Both the position numbers and the translations under genes were made by a program. 64,000 nucleotides of DNA from Malacoraja senta (Eukaryota): the NCBI GenBank assembly GCA_038087875.1, contig CM075989.1:5270001-5334000 (forward strand). Reading direction: 5' to 3'. Positions 50,825 through 62,310 of this stretch are shown piece after piece. The notes beneath the pieces were generated by a model. That model searched no databases. It was not told the origin of the DNA and was given only the letters and a program-made list of their open reading frames with translations. Numbering within the stretch: position 1 is the first letter of the stretch; the number at the start of each line of letters is the position of its first letter.

Positions 50825-51536
50825 TGGCCAAACCAATGTTTGATATAGCTGCAACATGACTTGCCAACTTTTATACTCAATGTCCTAACTGATGAAGGCA
50901 TGGGGGGGCTTCATGCCTTCTTTACCATCCTATCCACAAGCATTGCCACTTTCAGGGAGCTTTGGACATGGACCCCAAAGTCCTTCTGTACATCAATGCT
51001 CCTAAAGTTACAGACATTTAGGAGGTAGAGCTGCTACTTCACAGTGCCAGAAGCCCTGGTTTGAACCTGACTTTAGGTGCTGTCTGTCTGGAGTTTGCAC
51101 GTGGGTTTCCTCTGTGTGCTCCGGTTTCCTCCAACGACCCAAAGACATACAGGTTTGCAGGTTAATTGGTCTCTGTAAAATTGCTCTTAATGTGCAGAGA
51201 ATGGATGAGGAAATGGGATCTTATAGAAACATGAAATCCTTAAAGGATCTTATAGAAACATATCCAATTCTTAAAGGACTGGACAGGCTAGATGTAGGAA
51301 CAAATTTCCCTATTTTTGGGGAGTCCAGAAGCAGGGGGTCACAGTTTAAGAATAAGGGGTAGACCATTTAGGACTGAGATGAGGAAAAACTTTTTCACCC
51401 AGTGAGTTGTGAATCTGTGGAATTGGCAGTGGAGGCCAATTCACTGGATGTTTTCATGAGAGTTAGATTTAGCTCTTAGGGCTAAAGGAATCAAGCGATA
51501 TGGGGAAAAAGCAGGAACGGGGTACTGATTTTAGAT

Positions 51537-51743
51537 CAAGGGTTCCCAACCTGGGGTAAATTTACCCCTAGGGGGTAAATTTGTTGATTCTGGATTAGTA
51601 CATATTTGTTCTCATTGACGATTGTGTTTGGTTCTGGTAATGATCTGTTCATCATTAGTTGTTCATAAATAAGTGAAATAACATTGTTATGTGCTATTAA
51701 AGTTGCCAGGGGTAAACTGGGCGAAAAAGGTTGGGAACCCCGG
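51537..51743. mobile_element. hAT (Charlie-like) MITE inserted in a CR1 3'UTR
   Basis: TIRs CAAGGGTTCCCAACC / GGTTGGGAACCCCGG. Exact 8-bp TSD TTTTAGAT (51529-51536 and 51744-51751). The host CR1 sequence resumes. Confidence 0.88.
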
Positions 51744-52825
51744 TTTTAGATGATAAGCCATGATCATATTGAATGGCGGTGCTTGCTCGAAGGGCCGAAT
51801 GGCCTACTCCTGCACCTATTTTTCTATGTTACTATGTTTCTATGACATAGAACTAGTGTGAACAGGTGATCGATGGTCGGTGTGTGCTCGATGGACTTAA
51901 GGGGTAGTTTCCATGCTATATCTAAACTAAACAAAACTAAACTCACATTTATCCAGTTAAACTCTTACCTTCCATTTCTCCACCCAAATTTCCATCTTTC
52001 CAACAACATCCTGCTGTATCCTTGTTCATCCCCCCTCAAATTCCACAACATCACCAATTATGCTGATGTCTGCAAACTTTCTAATCAAACCTGCTGCCTT
52101 TTCAATCCAATGATTTATACATCCAAGCGACGACCCCTGTGCCTCCGCAGTCTGGGTAATAGGAACTCACTTTACACAATTCGCAATTCAAAACATGTTG
52201 GATACAATAAAATTTGCTGTTGAGAAATTTATGCGGACAAAAAAGATATACAAAATGCGACAGAAATGTCAGATTTTGTCAGGTTTTATTTTTAGTAAAT
52301 CAGTACTTTGGGGCAATAACATTTGGACATAGCATTACCGCACCGTCTTCCTCTCTCCAGCCTAAGGACGTGAACAGACGTCTCAGAACTCAATGCTGCC
52401 ACGCTCTTCACCTGCTTCATCTTCCAACAACAAGCAGTATACGTGCAGGAGCAGTAGCCTCGGCCCAGCTCCATGCAGCAATCCCTTGGCTTTGGTCCAT
52501 TTCATCCCTCGCTCCCCCCCCCCCCCCACCTCTGTGATTCCTCCTGCTCTCCGACTCTACCACCACGTTTAGACAATAGACAATAGACAATAGGTGCAGG
52601 AGTAGGCCATTCGGCCCTTCGAGTCAGCACCGCCATTCAATGTAATCATGCCTGATCATCTCCAATCAGTACCCCGTTCCTGCCTTCTCCCCATATCCCC
52701 TGACTCCGCTATTTTTAAGAGCCCTATCTAGCTCTCTCTTGAAAGCATCCAGAGAACCTGCCTCCACCGCCCTCTGAGGCAGAGAATTCCACAGACTCAC
52801 CACTCTCTGTGAGAAAAAGTGTTTC

Positions 52826-53025
52826 NNNNNNNNNNNNNNNNNNNNNNNNNNNNNNNNNNNNNNNNNNNNNNNNNNNNNNNNNNNNNNNNNNNNNNNNNNN
52901 NNNNNNNNNNNNNNNNNNNNNNNNNNNNNNNNNNNNNNNNNNNNNNNNNNNNNNNNNNNNNNNNNNNNNNNNNNNNNNNNNNNNNNNNNNNNNNNNNNNN
53001 NNNNNNNNNNNNNNNNNNNNNNNNN
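52826..53025. other. Assembly gap (exactly 200 N)
   Basis: N run; the left flank ends inside a CR1 fragment and the right flank starts in a SINE-like tail. Confidence 0.99.
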
Positions 53026-55411
53026 TGTTTCCACACTAAAGTATGTATCTATAAAGTCTAAATCTAAAGTCTAAACTAAATCCCTTACCCTCCATTGAAA
53101 AGCAAAGAAATCAGTTCTTATGACATCCCACGAAAGAAAAATCAATTAGTTCCTACTGTCTCTAGTATGTGTAGGATAGCGTTAATGTGCGGGGATCGCT
53201 GGTCTGCATGGACTCGGTGGGCCGAAGGGCCTGTTTCCGCACTGTATCTCTAAACTAAATTAAGCTAAACACCTGATTGTAGGCGTTGCCAAGTTCAAAA
53301 TTGAAGCTAAATCAGCCAGGTTGACTAATTATTTTGCTGTGATATATTGTATTTTATGTGATGTACCTGCGAGTTGAAATAAATAGTAAAATAATCTGGG
53401 CATCTAACATCATACTCCAGCACTTTGTGTTTTTTTTGTAAACCAGCATTTGCAGTTCCTTGCGTCCACAAGAAATTATTCCTGGTGCCTACTAATGTAG
53501 ATATTTGTTTCATTTATTTTTGCCTGAGAACATGTTTTGACCCTATCAAGGCCTCTACCTCATCTTTAAATAAATATCCATGACTGACCTTGGATCAATG
53601 TCATAAAGCCTGAAAAAGAATTAAAGATTAATTCGACTTTTCAGTCTAAGTAGATTGTAACAAGGAACGAGTCTTTTGAAATGGACTCAAAGTTTGAACA
53701 ACGTTTATTTCTTCTTAATGGTCTCAAAAAGGAACAGCCAGCACACAAAAAAAGAGATAAAGAAGGATCAGAGCTGTGCAATTGTAAACTTGGTAAGCAA
53801 GTTCCTAAATGAGGCCATTTTAGTGCTGCCTTTGTACCAATTATGAAAGAGTTCCTGACACTTCAGGTTCCTCGATAGTTTCTTGAAAGTGGCATCACAG
53901 GTAGATAGGGTGGTCAAAAAGGCTTTTGGCACATTGGCCTTCATCAGTCAGGTACTGGGAATAGACTTGGGAGGTCATGTTATTGTTGTATAAGATGTTG
54001 ATGAGGCCACATTAGACTATTGTGTTCAGTTTTGGTCACCATGTTGTCAAGCTGGAAAGGACACGGAGAAGATTTATGAGGATGTTGCCAGGACTCGAGG
54101 GCCTGAGCTACAGGGAGAGGTTATGCAGGTTATGCAGACTTTATTCCTTGGAGAGCAGGAGGATGAGGGGTGAACTATAGAGGTGTACAAAATCATGAGT
54201 GGAATAGATCGGGTAAATGCACAAAATCTTTTGCCAGAGTATGAGAAACAAGAGAAAATAAATTTAAGGTGAGGGGGAAAGATTTAATAGGAACCTGAGG
54301 GTTAACTTTGTTACACAGAGGGTGGTGGGTATATGGAATGAGCTGCCAGTGGAGGTAGTTGAGGCAGGTACTATTGTTACATTTAAGAGACATTTGGATA
54401 GGTAAACATAGAAACATAGAAAATAGGTGCAGGTGTAGGCCATTCGGCCCTTCGAGCCTGCACCGCCATTCAATATGAATCATGGCTGATCATCCAAACT
54501 CAGTATCCCGTACCTGCCTTCTCTCCATACCCCCTGATCCCTTTAGCCACAAGGGCCACATCTAACTCCCTCTTAAATAGCCAATGAACTGGCCTCAACT
54601 ACCTTCTGTGGCAGGTATATGGATAGGATAGGTTTGGAGGGTTATGGCCATGGCGGGAAGGTGGGACTAGCGCAGATGGTACATGTTTGGTTGGCGTGGA
54701 CAAGTTGGGCCGAAGGGCCTGTTTCCATGCCGTATGACTCTACCACTCTCTATGACTCTACGACAAGCATCAGTCTGAAATGGAGACCCAAGAGACTGCA
54801 GATGCTGGATACTTGCATCAAACACAGTGCTGGAGTAACTCAGCAAGTCATGCAGCATCTCTGGAGGACATGATGGGTGACATTTCGGGTCAGAACCCTT
54901 CTTCAGAAGGATCTCTACCCAAGAGGTCATCTATCCATGTCCTCTAGAGATGTTACCTGACCGGCTGAGATACTGCAGCACATTATAATCTGAAATGGGA
55001 TTTGGCACAAGAAGGCAGATAGTGAAAGTGAAGGAGGACAAGAAACAATGAGCTAAATGCATCAGTCTTTGTCATTGTCTGATTAATGTTAGGATCGGGT
55101 CTGTTTTATCAGAGTGTCATCATAAGTTCATAAGCTCATACGTTCTAGGAGAAGAATTAGGCCATTCGGCCCATCAAGTCTACTCCGCCATTCAATCATG
55201 GCGGATCCATCTTTCCCTCTCAACCCCAATTCTCCTGCCTTCTCCCCATAAGTCCAGACACCCTTACCAGTAAAGAATCTGTCAATCTCCGCCTTAAAAG
55301 TACCCATTGACTTGGCCTCCTCGGCCGTCTGTGGCAATGAATTCCACAGATCCACTACCCTCTGAGGTGGAGCGCAGGTGTTACGGTGCAGAGGTGTAGC
55401 CCCCAGCTTAC

Positions 55412-55556
55412 CTGTTCCTTTCTTGCAGGTGTAAGGCAAGTGGTAGTTGCAGGGGACATCATTCCACTGGCCGCCCTCATGCCATATCATCACCACGCAA
55501 TCTTCGCCAGTGCTGAAGAAACTATCAGGTTGATTGGGCCGCCAGTTCTCGTACAA
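55412..55556 (-). CDS. ACAN: Aggrecan-like lectican, G3 C-type lectin exon 3
   Basis: acag|TTG...ACAG|gtaagc, 145 nt, phase 0-1. Encodes [51 protein letters not shown] and WND motifs. Confidence 0.9.
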
Positions 55557-55810
55557 CTGTTCGAGAGAAAGAATGAGTCACCTTATCCGGAATAACTAAT
55601 ATAGGATAAAACTAAAAATAAACACCGAAGATTTAATCAAACATTCCTCACCTTTATCCAATTATCACTTGTCAGGCTTTGCCCCCCCCCCCCCCCCCCC
55701 GACCTTCCCAACCCACTAAATGCCCCTGTTTTGAATAGAGATCTGATATTGTCATTTTCTGGTTAATGTTTGGATCGCGGTGTCGAGATCGTTTTATTTT
55801 TGTCTTCTTA

Positions 55811-56298
55811 AGGGCCTGTCCCACTTGGCCGACATTTGCGCCTCATTTACGCGTCATATGTAAAATAGGTCGACGCGTTGTTACACGCGACGCCGCGCAC
55901 AAATCACGCGTCATCATGCCGTCTTGTGCGCGTGACGTCATTAGAATACCCTGCGGCGCGCGGCGATGCTTGGTTACGCACGGTGACGTAACCATGCGTC
56001 ACCACGCGATACACGTGAGACTTCGGGACGCCAGCGTGCGACGCCAATGCGTCAGCGTGCGTACCCAATGCTTCAGCGTGCGTACCCAAATGCGTCACGC
56101 AGGTGGCGCGCGAGGATTTCGTGCAGCATGAAATCCTGGAGCGCCGCGCGATACCGCTCGCAACTCCACACTCCTCCACGCCTCTCCATGCACCCGTCCC
56201 ACGCTACCCACACGCTACCCGTGCGTCACAACGCGACGACCACATTTTTGGAGGTCGTGTTAATGGCGCGCAAATGACGGCCAAGTGGGACAGGCCCT
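55811..56298. mobile_element. PIF/Harbinger-type MITE, CpG-rich
   Basis: TIRs AGGGCCTGTCCCACTTGGCCG / CGGCCAAGTGGGACAGGCCCT; TTA TSD (55808-55810 and 56299-56301). Confidence 0.85.
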
Positions 56299-58024
56299 TT
56301 AGGCTCAAGGTGCAGAATTCCAGCTTTCCCCCCCATACTATAATCAGTCAGTAGAAGGCTCCCGACAGAAGAACAGTGAAAGGCTTGGATAGAGTGGAAG
56401 TGGAGAGGATGTTTCCACTAGTGGGAGAGTCTCGGACTAGAGGTCATAGCCTCAGAATTAAAGGACGTTCTTTTAAGAAGGAGATGAGGAGGAATTTCTT
56501 TAGTCAGAGGGTGGTGAATCTGTGGAATTCTTTGCCACAGAGAAGTCTGTGGAGAACAAGTCAGTGGATATTTTTAAGGCAGAGGTAGATAGATTCTGGA
56601 TTAGTACGGGTATCAGAGGTTATGGGGAGAAGGCAGGAAAATGGGGTTAGGAGGGAGATAGATCAGCCATGATTGAATGGCGGAGTAGACTTGATCGACT
56701 GGATTGGATATTTCTCTTCCTATCACTTATGACCTTCTGACTCAAAACATTGTCTGTCCATTTCCTCCACAGATGTTGCCTGACCCGCTGAGTTACTCCA
56801 GCACTTTGTGTCTTAATCTAAATGGAGATCAGCATTCCACCCAATCATAAATTCTCCCCCCCCCTCCCCACTACAATCAGTCTGCCGAAGGCTCCCGACC
56901 CTAAACATCGTCTGTCCTTTTCCCTCTATAGATGCTGCCTGACCCACTGAGCTCTCTAAAGTCAGCACTAGACAACGAGGTAAAACAACGCCTATTTGTG
57001 GCTAGCTTCTTCAGTGATATTTCAATTAAGTTTGATGAGTTAAAGATTTGATTATTTATTCACTGCAGATTCTTGCCATTCATTTGCCAAGGTTCACCAA
57101 CGGTGCTTTTTGTTCTTATTTCTCCTGTGGGTAGCTTACATTTACTTTATCATAGAAACATAGAAAATAGGTGCAGGAGGAGCAGGCTATTCAGGCCAGC
57201 ACCGCCATTCAATATGATCATGGCTGATCATCCAAAATCAATACCCCGTTCCTACTTTCTCCCCATATCCCATGATTCCGTTAGCCCGAAGAGCTACTGT
57301 ATATCTAACTCTCTCTTGAATACATCCAGTGAATTGTCCTCCACTGCCTTCTGTGGCAGAGAATTCCACAGACTCACAACTCTCTGGGTGAAAAAGGATT
57401 TTCCTCATCTCAGTCCTAAATGGCCAAATGGCCTACCCCTTATTCTTAAACTGTGACTCCTGGTTCTGGACTCCCCCAACATCGGGAACATTTTCCCTGC
57501 ATCTAGCCTGTGCAATCCCTTAAGAATTTTATGTTTTATAACATCAAGGATACATAGATACATAGAAAATAGGTGGAGTAGGCCATTCGGCCCTTCGAGC
57601 CTGCACCGCCATTCAATATGATCATGGCTGATCATCCAACTCAGTATCCCGTACCTGCCTTCTCTCCATACCCCCTGATCCCCTTAGCCACAAGGGCCAC
57701 ATCTAACTCCCTCTTAAATATAGCCAATGAACTGGCCTCAACTACCCTCTGTGGCAGAGAGCTCCAGAGATTCACCACTCTCTGTGTGAAAAAGTTTCCC
57801 CCTTATCCTTACCATCCCCACCATCTGGGCCTTGGCCTCTTCACACTGCTACTGTCTATGCAGGAGGTGCAGAAACCTCAAGCCCCACACCACCAGGTTG
57901 AGGAACAGCTACTTTCCTACAACCATCAGGTTCTTGGCCCAACCTGCACAACCCTAACCCACAATGCATAATCCGAATGCACAACATTTAAGAGATAGGT
58001 CGCGAATCCGCAGTCAAAGCTCAC

Positions 58025-58107
58025 CAATGGGCTGGAATCGGTCCAACGGAAGTCCCCCTCGATTGTCTTGTCATTCAATCCAACCCATTGATAATCCTGG
58101 GCATAAC
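58025..58107 (-). CDS. ACAN: Aggrecan-like lectican, G3 C-type lectin exon 2
   Basis: ctctgcag|GT...TTG|gtgagc, 83 nt, phase 1-0. Encodes (S)[33 protein letters not shown] and TIEGDFRW are aggrecan-type (versican has GHDYQW/MFEHDFRW). Confidence 0.9.
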
Positions 58108-59042
58108 CTGCAGAGAGACAGCAAAAGGCTCGTCTTGCTTTGGCCAGTATTCGGCAGAAGAAATATTATGGATATACTTTTCTTTCACTCTTGTGTTTAA
58201 ATACGATTGTGTTCATGTACAGTATGCAAGAACATTTATGAAGCGTTTTGCAAATGTAGCCTTTTGTAAGGAATTGTGCATTGTTGATGGAAAGGAAGTG
58301 CTTGGTGTGGGACAAAGCTAGTTGGAAGCATGTTCATTGATGGAAGAGAAACGGACACAATTCATTTGAGATTGGAGACAAAAGGTTAGGAACATTTAGA
58401 AGATGGAGGAGGCCAGATGAGAAGGTGACGTGACATTAACGGTTTGAAACATAACACAGGATCTTTACGATGCATCAAATACAATGCGGACAATCGGCAG
58501 CTGGCCAAGAGCAAGGACGGATCCTGCGGCCACTGAGAACGAAGACCCTGTGGTCCGATGCCTACAGGGGAAGCTCGGAAACCCCGAAGACTGGGGCTGC
58601 TGGCGACTACTGACGCGAGTTGTGGGCTGGTAGGAGAGGGAACTAGGTATTGCCTCCAGCGCTATCAACCATATAACTATATAACCATATAACAATGACA
58701 GCACGGAAACAGGTCATCTCGGCCCTTCTAGTCCGTGACCGTCTAGTCAAGGTCAGCTGTAGAAGGCACCTCTGAGATACAGAGGCGGTCGGGCGAGGAG
58801 TTGGGCCGTGGGCCTGCAGCAGCCTAGAGCTCACCCGGGGCTGCAGCAGCCTGAAGCCTACCTGGGCCTACCTGGATCGGGGGCGCTCCAATACTTCCAG
58901 CATGTGGACTGTGTACTTTGGACTTTTTCTTTGTAAACGGCACCAGAATATGACGACTGTGCATTTGTGGGTTGTGCCAAAGAATTTCGCCGTGGCAATA
59001 TGTGGTAATAAAGAACCATGGTACGATTGAAATACTACTCAC

Positions 59043-59201
59043 TGTTGACAAAGGCCTGTTCCTCCGGAGTGATAAGGCTGGCCAGGTGAGCTTCGTGCTT
59101 CCTGCACTGGTGCTCCGCTTCCTCCCAAGTCTGTCTGTCAGCGAAGTGCTTGTAGCAGTGACCCTGAAACTTAGCCCAACCAACGTCACACTTCTCCACA
59201 T
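59043..59201 (-). CDS. ACAN: Aggrecan-like lectican, G3 C-type lectin exon 1
   Basis: ccgtag|AT...AACA|gtgagt, 159 nt, phase 1-1. Encodes (D)[52 protein letters not shown]. Missed by the ORF track. Confidence 0.9.
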
Positions 59202-59792
59202 CTACGGAGCAAAACGAGTCAGTTACACACCGCCTTACAATCCTTGATCACTGGAGCTCAGTTCCACACTGGAGCATCATTCAGGAATTTGCTTTCAAAA
59301 ATCATCGTCAACAAATGATTACAGCACACACACTTTCAGAAAATCATCCCCTTAAAACCAGGAAGATTTAACACCATGCTTTGACCTATACTTTGCCTGC
59401 TGTGTCACCCATTAATCTCTGACATTGCTGTGACTGTACATGGTGCAATGTTTAGTCGTTGCTTATTCCTGTTCTTAATTGACCTGTGGTTCGTGCCATG
59501 TTAGTCTGAGGTTCATTCCCTTGAACAGTTTGAACGTGACTCATTTTGCTACCATTGCAATCACAGTTCCTACTGGTGAGCAGACAGGAGTCTGTAACCT
59601 ATTTCTGTGCCGGTCTCCGGGCACCTCACTGGGTTGCTACCCTGCAGAATTCTGCATCATTACGGTGTCGCACCCCTCCCCTTGTTCATGGAGATGTAGG
59701 CTTTGGGTGTGAGTTGCTGAGAGGTGCTGCAAATCTCTGCCCTCTGTTGGAGAACGTCCAGCAAAGAAAGCACCCAGGGCTCCAATGTGACA

Positions 59793-60140
59793 GAGGGGGG
59801 AGGGTCGGGAGGGAGGAGGGGGTCTCCCTGTCGGTCTGCTCCTGGGCCTGGCCAAGATGGTCCAGGCAGCGGGCAGTCGACGGCCCCACAGCGGTCGGCT
59901 GCCTGCCCCTTTTCCGGGGTTACGTCCGTGCCCGCGTGTCCCTGGAGAGGGAACACACGGTGTCCCCGGGGACTCTGGAGGCCTTCCGTGAACGCTGGTC
60001 GCCGCGGGAGGTCGAATGTATTGTTGATAAAATTGTTAATATTTAAATTTGATAATTTTGTTTGTAAACTGCCAATATAGGCATTCTTTGATCGTGTTAC
60101 TATGTATTTATGTTTGTTCTGAATAAAAGCATTTTATATT
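59793..60140 (+). mobile_element. Tx1-clade (L1-like) retrotransposon 3' end
   Basis: Frameshifted LLLGLAKM..SRQRAVDG..CLPLFRGYVRARVSLEREH..TLEAFRERW..VECIVD, stop at 60046, AT-rich UTR, AATAAA at 60122-60127. Confidence 0.7.
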
Positions 60141-62310
60141 GTGGAGAGGCTCCCTATGAGTTGTGGTGTTGGGGGGGTTGGGGAAAGTGGTAGTTAAGTG
60201 GTGTTTAGAGCTAGACGCTGGCCTGCACAGTGTGGGAACCATGCTGGCCTCCTTGATCCATACTAGCTTCCTCCTCGTCGCCTCCGATCAGAGATGGTAG
60301 GAGCTGCTGTGTCTCCCCTCCCGTGCTTGTTATCACGGAGAAAGCTCACCGTCGCGAAGAGCTGTGCGGGCAAAGAGCAGAGGAGACAACAGCTTCCTTC
60401 ACACCTCAGAGAAGACCACTGGATCTGAACGGTCTGAGGGCCAATACTGAGCAACGGTTCACATCCAAGTGCCGAGTGACCAGGCTCCTTCTCCTTTAGT
60501 TTAGGTTAGAGATACAGCGCGGAAACAGGCCCTTCGGCCCACCGGGTCCCTGCCGACCAATGATCACCCATGCACTCGTTCTATCCTGCACACTCGGGGA
60601 CAATTTACAGGAGCCAATTAACCTACAGACCTGCACGCCTTTGCAACGTGGGAGGAAGCCAGAGCACCCGGAGAAAACCCACACAGTCTCAGGGAGAACA
60701 TGCAAACCCCCTACAGCCAGCACCTGTAGTCAGGATCGAACCCGGGTCTCTGGTGCTCTGAGGCAGCAACTCTACCGCTGCGCCACTGTGCCATTCCAAC
60801 CAACCCAGCTGCTATCCCAACGAGATCAACACCAGCCACATTAGCACCTTCCCCACATGTCAATGGCTGAGTTCATTCCTGGCACCTACGAGCCATGATC
60901 ACATTGAATGGCGGTGCTGGCACGAAGGGCCGAATGTCCTACTCCTGCACCTATTGTCTATTGTCTATAGCAGTAATGCAGCTCTCTACACATAATGTTC
61001 GAATAACACGTTCTAACATTGGTTCCATTATTCCCCTTGCTCCCAGCAATGCAGCCTGAAAGCTGTGAGAAAAGTGAGTCCATCGTACATCGCCATAGTT
61101 ATCGACAGTGTATACAACAATAGAAGCCAACACCCAATGAACACAGAACATAATCAGTAAAACACGGGAGAAAGTTATGAATTCATAACGAGGAGAAGAA
61201 CTTCAAAACGTCAAGGAGTTTAAAACTTCAAGGACATATTCAGATCAACAGAAGGTTAATGTATTCGGTTAACACTGTATACCAGACAAGTCTGCAAAGG
61301 TTGTTAAGGTTTATGGCAGAATTTTCACCTTGTTATGGCCTGAATTCATACAGACGCAGGAACTTAGGAATGGCCGTGATTGTTGCTTCTTGAACCCTGA
61401 AGCGCTGATTGATAATATCCCATGTACTTTGTTTAGTGAAAAGACTGCACTCAAATATTTAACTTGTCCCCACAATGCTTACTACATGGATCACGTGACT
61501 GATCCAAACTAGAAGATTAGATTAGTGGATGAACTGGAAGGGAAAGTGTGGAGGTGAATAGATTCAGGAGATGGCAGGAAGAACAGGTTAATCATCATTC
61601 TGGGTATAACATCAACATAAACTGAGTTGCTGTCAATAGAAGTTACAAGCTGTCTGATCCTCAATTCTACTCAAATAAATGACTATTGTCAGTAAACTGG
61701 ATAAACTCCTAGTTTTCAAGTTTCTTGTAACAACAGCTGAAAGACATTTGGATAGGAAAGGTTTAGAAGGCTGTGGGCCAAAGTGAGCAGGTGGGACTAG
61801 CATAGATGGGGCATCTTGGTCGGCATGGACAAGCTGGGCCGAAAGGCCTGTTTGCATGCTGTGTGACTCTATCAAGAATAGTTCATCAGTTCATGTGATA
61901 GGAGCAGAATCAAGTCCACTCCGCCATACAATCATGGCTGATCTATCTCTCCCTCTCAACCCCATTCTCCTGCCTTCTCCCCATAACCCCTGACACCCGC
62001 ACGAATCACGAATCTGGCAATCGCCTGCTTAAAAATATCAATTGACAGTCTCCGCAGGCGTCTGTGCCCCTTCAAAGGTCAAATGAATGACTCCTTCAAA
62101 AGATAAATGTTATCTATCTATCTTTGCAACAATCCAGCACCTGTTCACTTAACAAATTAAAAGTTTATTTGCTAACATTAAAGAAAATTGGGAGGCATCA
62201 CAAAAGTGGCCAACTGTTAAATCTGTTAACAATAGCTCCCACCTGCATAGCAAGACTCCAAATACCTCAGTGCAGCATTTATCAAGGAAACAAAGTATTG
62301 ACCCAGTCAG

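Noticed and set aside
52666..53061. ORFs spanning the N run
   Set aside because: Artefacts of translating Ns.
55766..56354. Arg-rich ORFs in a CpG-rich segment
   Set aside because: Lie largely within the MITE at 55811-56298.
60350..60425. Minus-strand AG...GTGAGC-bounded segment as an ACAN EGF exon
   Set aside because: The translation lacks EGF cysteine spacing. No ACAN EGF exon was found in 59202-64000.
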